Source: Candidatus Wukongarchaeum yapensis (GTDB taxonomy: Archaea > Asgardarchaeota > Wukongarchaeia > Wukongarchaeales > Wukongarchaeaceae). Taken from it: DNA of 5,175 bases. Position numbers and translations under genes: made by a program. The stretch lies in contig JAEOSI010000168.1 of NCBI GenBank assembly GCA_016840425.1, positions 1-5,175 on the forward strand, given 5' to 3'. The notes under the pieces were generated by a model. That model searched no databases. It saw nothing but the letters and a program-made list of their open reading frames with translations, and had not been told where the DNA came from. Shown one piece after another: positions 1 through 5,175 of the stretch. Position 1 is the stretch's first letter. Every line of letters begins with the position of its first letter.

Positions 1-40
1 AGAAGAAGAAGATCATGCCCCTGTCTTTATTCTAAAGACC

Positions 41-1171
41 GTGGAGGCTAACGGTTCTGTTTCTGATGCTTCAAACCCTATACCCACAATAAAAAAGGCT
101 TTTTCCCGATTAAATTTCTCCCTTCTACGCAGTAATAGTTCATATTACGATGAAAAAAAGCTTGAAACGATTTTAGAAAACTTGGACACTTCCCAAGTTG
201 AAATGATTAGTCATAAAAGTAGAGGGAAAAGTTTCGTTTTTGATTTAAGATTGGAGGAACCATATAAAGTTTTTAGAAACATGAACCTTGTCGGTTTTGA
301 CGGGGCAAGCCTTCCGCTTTTCAATGCTAATTTCTCCATAGTCTACGCTAGAGCAGCTTCCTTTGCATATTCCCAAAAAGATCCGCGTAACCGTTTATCT
401 TTTGAAAGCGGTGCTAACCGTTTATGGGCAGACATCGCTTTAAACGTTGCTTCAAAACCGGGAATAGTCTCAGAAGAAGTGAGACGCTGGCAAATAGACC
501 TCTTATCAGACGACCTCATAGGACAGCTACCCTTTGATAGGGTGGATATAGCGGAACTTCAAGCCTTATCCATTGTTGAATCGGCAGCAATAATATCGTG
601 TGTAGAACATTATAAAGACTCGATAGACCTCATATTTCACGACGGTCCCCTTTTTTCCAAAACAGGTTTTGACTACGCTATCGGTAAAATACAGTTCCTA
701 AAAAAGAAGGGAATAGGATCAATAAACATCGTGAAAACCCCCATAGCTTCCCCCGTCATGCGGGCTTGTGGCATCACTGATACAACAGATGTAGCATTTT
801 TCGACCTCCTTCCTCCAGGTCATAGAAGTCCCTTCTTTCTAAAAAAATCCGAAAATTTTCTCGCAAAATTAAATGAAGAAGAGCGGCGCTCCTTTTTTTA
901 CTACAAAACAATGGATAACGACTTAATCCGCGTAGAAACCCCTTACTGGTTTGTAGAAGAAAAAGGAATGGAAAAGATCTCCAGCATGATTTCGGCAGAT
1001 TCTGACCTCAACGGGGGGAAGTTAAGCTTCATGATCTCAAAAGCAGACGCTTTCGTAAGAATAGGACAACCCACAAGGAGGCTTTTAAGACTTGTCCAAA
1101 AAACCCTCTTCGAACAAGCAGGAATAGAGTTCACAGAACCTTATGATACAAAAAGATGGAGGGGCGCCTAA
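41..1171 (+). CDS. nurA: NurA-family (RNase H-like fold) DNA nuclease; 5' end uncertain
   Basis: 376-aa ORF with NurA motifs in the expected order: VGFDGAS (D87, nt 299-301), IVESAA (E180), LIFHDGPL (D201, nt 641-643), INIVKTP, TDVAFFDLLPPGHRS, IRVETP, and C-terminal SKADAFVRI (D336). Directly upstream of a HerA-type ATPase, its known partner. Starts at GTG 41, but the frame is open back to nt 2. Confidence 0.85.
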   Translation: MEANGSVSDASNPIPTIKKAFSRLNFSLLRSNSSYYDEKKLETILENLDTSQVEMISHKSRGKSFVFDLRLEEPYKVFRNMNLVGFDGASLPLFNANFSIVYARAASFAYSQKDPRNRLSFESGANRLWADIALNVASKPGIVSEEVRRWQIDLLSDDLIGQLPFDRVDIAELQALSIVESAAIISCVEHYKDSIDLIFHDGPLFSKTGFDYAIGKIQFLKKKGIGSINIVKTPIASPVMRACGITDTTDVAFFDLLPPGHRSPFFLKKSENFLAKLNEEERRSFFYYKTMDNDLIRVETPYWFVEEKGMEKISSMISADSDLNGGKLSFMISKADAFVRIGQPTRRLLRLVQKTLFEQAGIEFTEPYDTKRWRGA

Positions 1172-2898
1172 AAACTCTTAACTCTAACTTTTATACGGAG
1201 GATTGTTACTCATTGCCCATACCCTTAAAATATGTGGAGGAACCTTCAATTGAGCCAAACCTTCCTCCATGGAACTCCAGCCAGGAAATAGGGTATGTAG
1301 TGGCAACGGCAAAAGAAGGAGTTAAAATCGGGGAAGGAAGCGATTCAATTATCTGCCTCGTACCCGCAAAGTACAGGAAAGGCTTGAAGATAGGAACACC
1401 CTTAATTATTTGGGACTACCTTGAAGGAGAAATGTTTGGCTCTATTGTTTCTGAAATAAGCTGTCCAGACATTACCCGCGACCAGTTAGAAATCTTCCTT
1501 TATGAAAAATTTACGCCAACCCAAGAACTCATAGCCTCAAACAAAATCGATTTCCTAGAGCAAGCAATCCTCATAAAAGCAAAACTTTTCTGCACAATAA
1601 ACCAGTTTGGAGAAAAAGGCCCTGTAGATTACTCTCCTCACCCCCGCTCCTCCGTTTTCTATCCGCCCATAGTGCTCGTCAAAAAAATTTTTGGCCTACC
1701 AAGCTTAGAAGAAGGCATAGCTTACGGCGTTTTAATGCTTGGAAGAAAACCGTTTTTCGACAAAGAAACCGGCTCTTTTGTTCCTTATGTGATGAGGTCT
1801 CACCTCCTTTTCACACATGAAATGGTTATAGGAACAACGGGAAAAGGAAAAACCGCAAAGTGTAAAAACGATGTTAAACAGTTCGCCGACAAAATTGCAG
1901 GCAGCGTAATAATCCTCGACAAACACGGCGAATACGAGAAAGGTCTATTAGAGGAACCAATTTTCCCGAAAAGTGACTTTGAAAAAAAGATTTGGAAAGA
2001 TTGTGGAATGATCCCTGGAACGGTTGAAGATCTTAAAATTTTAAGACATGAAACCGAACTACCCGAAGATCCAGACCCTCAAATAACTTATTTTACCATA
2101 AACTTTTCCGACATAAAGCCCCACCAACTACAATACTATCTCCCCAATCTAAGCCCCCAAGGATACGTTGTATTGCCAAATTTGGTGAAAATGTTTCGAA
2201 CTTCCAGATTAAAACAAACCCTTGCAACCTTCTACCACTGGTTGAAAAAAACAAAGATCCCTGAAAACTTAGCAGATCAAAGAACTATAAGCGCCATTCT
2301 TCGCCGCTTAGTTCTAACCATTGAACAAAAGCTTTTTGACGGGAAAAACTTGTCTTCCATAGGTCCAAAAGATCTTTTAAAACCTAAAAGGGTGACCGTA
2401 TTACCTCTCCACCACATATTGGATATAGATCTTCTCTCTTCCATTGCTTTTTACATAATAGACATGGTCTCAAGATGGAAGTTAAAACCTCAAAACATAG
2501 AGCCTCCCACCATTATCCTCATAGATGAAGCCCACAACTACTTTCCTAAATTTACTTCTGAAGAGCGTAAAGATTATGTTAATCGCTTGGTTTCTCGCGC
2601 TAGGATAATCTGTAGAGAAGGGAGAAAGTTCAAATTAAGATTACAATTTGCAACACAAAGACCGGAAGAGCTTGATCCAGGCGTTTTGGGCATCGTAAAC
2701 ACGATAACCTTTTTCGGTTGCACTCCTCAACAAGTTACAAGCTTAAAAAAGGTTATAGAACTTCCTTTCCCACCGAGTCAGCTTGTAAATCTTCCAATGA
2801 GAAATGCTTTAATCTACGCTAGAGACAATACTGAACAGCCTTGCAAGATTTTTATTCCTTGGCCCATCGTGAATCATCCTACAAGGTCTTCCTCCTAA
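1156..2898 (+). CDS. herA: HerA/FtsK-family DNA translocase ATPase (HAS-barrel + DUF87/HerA-type P-loop domain)
   Basis: 580 aa. N-terminal beta-rich HAS-barrel-like region (IGYVV...LKIGTPLII...PHPRSSVF). Walker A HEMVIGTTGKGKT (aa 226-233, nt 1831-1854), VIILDKHGEY (the HerA 'DxHGEY' motif), Walker B IILIDEAHNY, arginine-finger motif REGRKF, and ATQRP...VNT. ATG 1156 overlaps the nurA stop (1169-1171). Confidence 0.92.
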   Translation: MEGRLKTLNSNFYTEDCYSLPIPLKYVEEPSIEPNLPPWNSSQEIGYVVATAKEGVKIGEGSDSIICLVPAKYRKGLKIGTPLIIWDYLEGEMFGSIVSEISCPDITRDQLEIFLYEKFTPTQELIASNKIDFLEQAILIKAKLFCTINQFGEKGPVDYSPHPRSSVFYPPIVLVKKIFGLPSLEEGIAYGVLMLGRKPFFDKETGSFVPYVMRSHLLFTHEMVIGTTGKGKTAKCKNDVKQFADKIAGSVIILDKHGEYEKGLLEEPIFPKSDFEKKIWKDCGMIPGTVEDLKILRHETELPEDPDPQITYFTINFSDIKPHQLQYYLPNLSPQGYVVLPNLVKMFRTSRLKQTLATFYHWLKKTKIPENLADQRTISAILRRLVLTIEQKLFDGKNLSSIGPKDLLKPKRVTVLPLHHILDIDLLSSIAFYIIDMVSRWKLKPQNIEPPTIILIDEAHNYFPKFTSEERKDYVNRLVSRARIICREGRKFKLRLQFATQRPEELDPGVLGIVNTITFFGCTPQQVTSLKKVIELPFPPSQLVNLPMRNALIYARDNTEQPCKIFIPWPIVNHPTRSSS

Positions 2899-2925
2899 GC
2901 TCTTTAACTTGATTAGGGCTTTTTT
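2897..2925 (+). terminator. Putative terminator of the nurA-herA transcript (hairpin + T6)
   Basis: AAGCTCT (2897-2903) can pair with AGGGCTT (2915-2921), a 7-bp stem with one G-U pair. It runs into TTTTTT (2920-2925) right after the herA stop. Oligo-T tracts are established archaeal termination signals. Confidence 0.5.
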
Positions 2926-2970
2926 AAATATTAATAATATATTTTTATAAATTGTATTTTACATTAGTTG

Positions 2971-3003
2971 ATTTTTACATTTATAAATGTAATAATTTAT
3001 AAG
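2971..3003 (+). promoter_or_regulatory. Promoter/operator region of the Lrp gene: perfect 18-bp palindrome plus TATA-like boxes
   Basis: TTACATTTA|TAAATGTAA (2975-2992) is a perfect palindrome, extending to 2971-2996 with one mismatched pair. TTTATAAA lies at its centre (2980-2987), and further TTTATAA copies lie at 2944-2950 and 2996-3002. Confidence 0.6.
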
Positions 3004-3056
3004 CGGATATGGTAATATTAAATAAACCTGGTAATCTTTCTATTAAAACGCTATCT

Positions 3057-3062
3057 AAGGTG
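3057..3062 (+). promoter_or_regulatory. Shine-Dalgarno-like site for the Lrp gene
   Basis: AAGGTG, 6 nt before in-frame ATG 3069; matches the archaeal GGAGGTGA-type RBS. Confidence 0.45.
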
Positions 3063-3068
3063 CTTTTA

Positions 3069-3653
3069 ATGCGTGTTGCAAAAAAGCTTGGTATAAACCA
3101 GAAAGATCGAGAACTTATCATGCTTTTGGAAGAAAACCCTGATCTACCCCAAAACAAAATAGCGAAAAAACTAGGTCTCTCACAACCCTCAATAGGCGTA
3201 CGAATACGTAAGCTAAAAGAGAAAAAAATAATCTCCACCAAAGTAGTAATAAACCTAAAAGAACTAGGTTTAAACGTTGCAAAAGTAGACGCAACAGTAA
3301 CTAGCCCTACCCGAATAATTGATTACTTCAAAGGCTGCCCCTACTTCTTACGCGGTTTCATAACAAGCGGAAAGAACAACGTATGCCTATTTTTCGCAAG
3401 CGAGGATCTAACAACCCTGGAAGCCCTAGTAGAATATCATTTAAGGGAAAACCCTGAAGTAAATAGTGTCGAGCTAAACATAATCATAGATTCAGAAATC
3501 AACCTAGGCTTCCCCATAAAAATGATCATAGAAAAAACTGAAAAAGCTCCTTGTGGCTGTGTTTGTGAAAAGTGCGAGTATTATGAACTACACCGATGTT
3601 TAGGATGCCCCTACACCTCCGCCTATCGCGGAAGCTTCTGGCAAGAAAAATAA
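3069..3653 (+). CDS. Lrp/AsnC-family transcriptional regulator with C-terminal cysteine-rich (putative metal/Fe-S binding) tail
   Basis: HTH region INQKDRELIMLLEENPDLPQNKIAKKLGLSQPSIGVRIRKLKEKKII, linker INLKELGL, RAM/AsnC-like domain (FITSGKNNVCLFF...NPEVNSVELNII), then PCGCVCEKCEYYELHRCLGCP. The longest ORF starts at ATG 3009 (214 aa). ATG 3069 (194 aa) is preferred because it has an SD-like site and gives the usual Lrp N-terminal length. Confidence 0.88.
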   Translation: MRVAKKLGINQKDRELIMLLEENPDLPQNKIAKKLGLSQPSIGVRIRKLKEKKIISTKVVINLKELGLNVAKVDATVTSPTRIIDYFKGCPYFLRGFITSGKNNVCLFFASEDLTTLEALVEYHLRENPEVNSVELNIIIDSEINLGFPIKMIIEKTEKAPCGCVCEKCEYYELHRCLGCPYTSAYRGSFWQEK

Positions 3654-3778
3654 AAAACAAAATAAACCACCCAATCACCTTACTTCCATCACGGGAACGC
3701 CCCTAACTTTAGTTATAGGAGGAGCAACTTACCTAGATATAGAATAAATGAATGGATAAACTACACCTCAGCCTATCG
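3611..3778 (+). repeat. 18-bp imperfect direct repeat pair (3611-3628 and 3761-3778)
   Basis: CTACACCTCCGCCTATCG versus CTACACCTCAGCCTATCG: 17/18 identical, exactly 150 bp apart. Copy 1 is inside the Lrp 3' end and copy 2 is intergenic. Confidence 0.75.
3643..3666 (-). terminator. Oligo-T tract, candidate terminator of the minus-strand membrane-protein gene
   Basis: Minus strand reads TTTATTTTGTTTTTTATTTTTCTT, about 125 nt downstream of the 3790 stop. It overlaps the Lrp stop codon on the other strand. Confidence 0.35.
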
Positions 3779-3789
3779 GAGCAGGTAGG

Positions 3790-4971
3790 TCATGCTTTGA
3801 TTTTAAATTTTGCCGTTTTTGCGATCAGTTCTAAGATTTTTCTTTTCTTGAACCAGCTTATGGTCCACATTTCTACGGTTTCTTTTGGACGATTGAAGAG
3901 GATCCATGTTTTACGGTTTAGGAGGAATATGCCGGCTAGAGTAGCGATTATGGCAAGGATTGAGAAGGTTACGATTAAAGCAATTTCCTCTGTGCCCGTC
4001 AGGATCGCAAGAAGGATCGCTGTCATTGTGAAGATCATGCCCGAGAAGAGGAATATTATGGTAAAGGTGGGAGGGTATCGGAAGGTTGCTTTCACTGCGC
4101 CATTCTCCGTCGTGATTTTCATATCGGTTCTGAGTCGTTCCAAGTCGGTTTCTGGCACGTAAGTTTCAGAGAGAATTTCGTTAAGAGTTTTTACGTTTTT
4201 TTTGGCCCTGACTTTGTCTGCGTAGAGGTAAAGGTATTCATGGGTTCTCTTTGGGAGATATGAATAGTCCCAGATTCTCAGGTTTTTCCGTTTTACTTCC
4301 CAGTCTTTTCCTTCGAGAAATATATCCCAGTGGGTCTCCGTAACTCTTTTTACTTCGAATTTCACGCTGGGAAGTCTCAAAAATGTCGTCGTTTCCTTTT
4401 TTCTAAGAGGCCCTTTGCTTGTTTGATGTCGAAGAATTTTTGTAACGTGATCGAAAGAGATTTGAGTTTGGAAGCTTGTAATTGTGACGCTGAAAAGGAC
4501 GAATATCACTCCAATAGACATCAACATTATGAGAAGTATGGGTTGCTCTTCGCTTATAGGGACCGCTATTAAGACGGTTAAGAGGAGAAAGAAAAAGCCT
4601 ATCAGAAGGAAGGATGTTTGGAGCAAGGGGAGGATTGGATCTTGGAATTTCGCCATTAGTTTCCCATCATCTCTCAAGATCTTCATGTCGGTTTTTGCAT
4701 CCTCTTTTTTGGCGGGAAATTCTCCAGAAAGGAGAAGGTTTAGCGTTTCTAGGTCTTTTTCAGCATTTGTTTTCGCCTCATCTTGATATTTTCCCGAGGT
4801 GAAGGCTATGTATGAGTAGTCCCAAACTTCAATCTCTTTAACTTTTCTTTCTTCGACATCTTTCCCCTTCATTAAAATGAACCACACATGCTCACGTACT
4901 GAAGGAGCAGAATTTTCTTTTTTGGTGGAAGAATTTAAAGGTTCCTTGGAATAATTTGAATCCTCCTGCAC
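3790..4971 (-). CDS. Hypothetical 4-TM membrane protein built from two tandem ~185-aa repeats (possible bacterial-PH-like soluble domains)
   Basis: 393-aa ORF. GTG start with AGGTGA 6 nt upstream; an in-frame stop at 4978-4980 bounds it. Two hydrophobic hairpins (about aa 116-137/144-166 and 302-325/330-351). Duplicated motifs GKD (36/221), WDYSY (50/234), TLN..LS (76/262) and TDMKI (94/282). Confidence 0.88.
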   Translation of the reverse strand: MQEDSNYSKEPLNSSTKKENSAPSVREHVWFILMKGKDVEERKVKEIEVWDYSYIAFTSGKYQDEAKTNAEKDLETLNLLLSGEFPAKKEDAKTDMKILRDDGKLMAKFQDPILPLLQTSFLLIGFFFLLLTVLIAVPISEEQPILLIMLMSIGVIFVLFSVTITSFQTQISFDHVTKILRHQTSKGPLRKKETTTFLRLPSVKFEVKRVTETHWDIFLEGKDWEVKRKNLRIWDYSYLPKRTHEYLYLYADKVRAKKNVKTLNEILSETYVPETDLERLRTDMKITTENGAVKATFRYPPTFTIIFLFSGMIFTMTAILLAILTGTEEIALIVTFSILAIIATLAGIFLLNRKTWILFNRPKETVEMWTISWFKKRKILELIAKTAKFKIKA

Positions 4972-4977
4972 TTGTCT

Positions 4978-4983
4978 TCACCT
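4978..4983 (-). promoter_or_regulatory. Shine-Dalgarno site of the membrane-protein gene
   Basis: AGGTGA on the minus strand, 6 nt before GTG at 4971. Confidence 0.65.
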
Positions 4984-5140
4984 ACCTGTTTTTAGTTTTC
5001 ACCTCGAGCGTTTTTAAGTCATTTTGATCATGTAAAGGTAACTAAAAAGTTTTAGTATAATTTGATAAATTTAATATAACTTTAATAAGATTTAGTTAAC
5101 TTATTGGGCATCAAACGGATAAATTGGGAATAAATGATGA

Positions 5141-5175
5141 ATGTCAGATGTTAGCATGAGTGAGGAAGAAGTGGC
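5141..5175 (+). CDS. Possible 5' end of a divergently transcribed gene (MSDVSMSEEEV..., truncated by the window)
   Basis: After an AT-rich intergenic stretch, ATG 5141 (or 5156) opens a frame that runs off the edge with an acidic, N-terminus-like sequence. Only 11 full codons are visible. Confidence 0.35.
   Translation, partial: MSDVSMSEEEV

Noticed and set aside
943-1134. 63-aa minus-strand ORF
   Set aside because: Lies fully antisense to the motif-rich nurA C-terminus and has no recognisable features; a shadow ORF.
1732-1926. 64-aa minus-strand ORF
   Set aside because: Antisense to the HerA Walker A region; a shadow ORF.
1983-1989. A-AAA-AAG slippery-like heptamer in herA (and other A/T homopolymer runs)
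   Set aside because: Expected from Glu-Lys-Lys codons in A-rich genes. The ORF is intact and I saw no stimulatory structure.
2981-3241. 86-aa minus-strand ORF
   Set aside because: Antisense to the Lrp HTH region, with no RBS or domain signal.
3666-3788. 40-codon stop-free stretch as an independent small gene or Lrp read-through product
   Set aside because: It has no start codon, and two in-frame TAA stops (3651, 3663) separate it from Lrp. Kept only as context for the repeat finding.
3684-3788. Weak hairpins (TTCC/GGAA, TAACT/AGTTA, ACCT/AGGT) and GGAGGAG at 3718-3724 as ncRNA or RBS
   Set aside because: Stems are only 4-5 bp or heavily bulged, there are no tRNA or sRNA motifs, and no start codon lies at a suitable distance from the SD-like sequence.
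3752-4802. Plus-strand ORFs 3752-4162, 4330-4572, 4484-4786 and 4614-4802
   Set aside because: All are antisense to the membrane-protein gene, which has an SD, TM hairpins and conserved internal repeats. They also overlap each other and show no domain signal.
5134-5175. ATGATGA as the C box of a C/D-box sRNA
   Set aside because: No CTGA D/D' box at guide spacing is visible; better explained as sequence just upstream of the next gene's start.
1-5175. CRISPR array, tRNA/rRNA, transposase or integrase
   Set aside because: No regularly spaced repeats, cloverleaf/T-loop motifs, or transposase or tyrosine-recombinase signatures were found by eye.

Overview
AT-rich archaeal-looking chromosomal window (AGGTGA-type ribosome-binding sites, TATA-box-like promoters, archaeal-type gene families; lineage cannot be fixed from sequence alone). 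Four complete genes. (1) A NurA-type RNase H-fold nuclease, whose frame stays open to the left edge. (2) A HerA/FtsK-family ATPase overlapping it by 16 nt, with no mre11/rad50 between them or downstream. (3) After a hairpin/oligo-T terminator and an 18-bp perfect palindrome, an Lrp/AsnC regulator fused to a six-cysteine C-terminal tail. (4) A convergent 4-TM membrane protein made of two ancient tandem repeats. A possible fifth gene starts at the right edge. The most interesting signals are the stand-alone nurA-herA module, the Lrp with a putative metal/Fe-S tail and a candidate operator, the repeat protein that may be circularly permuted, and an 18-bp duplicate of the Lrp 3' end 150 bp downstream. 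No rRNA, tRNA, CRISPR array, transposase or integrase is seen. All family calls rest on motif reading by eye, with no database search.
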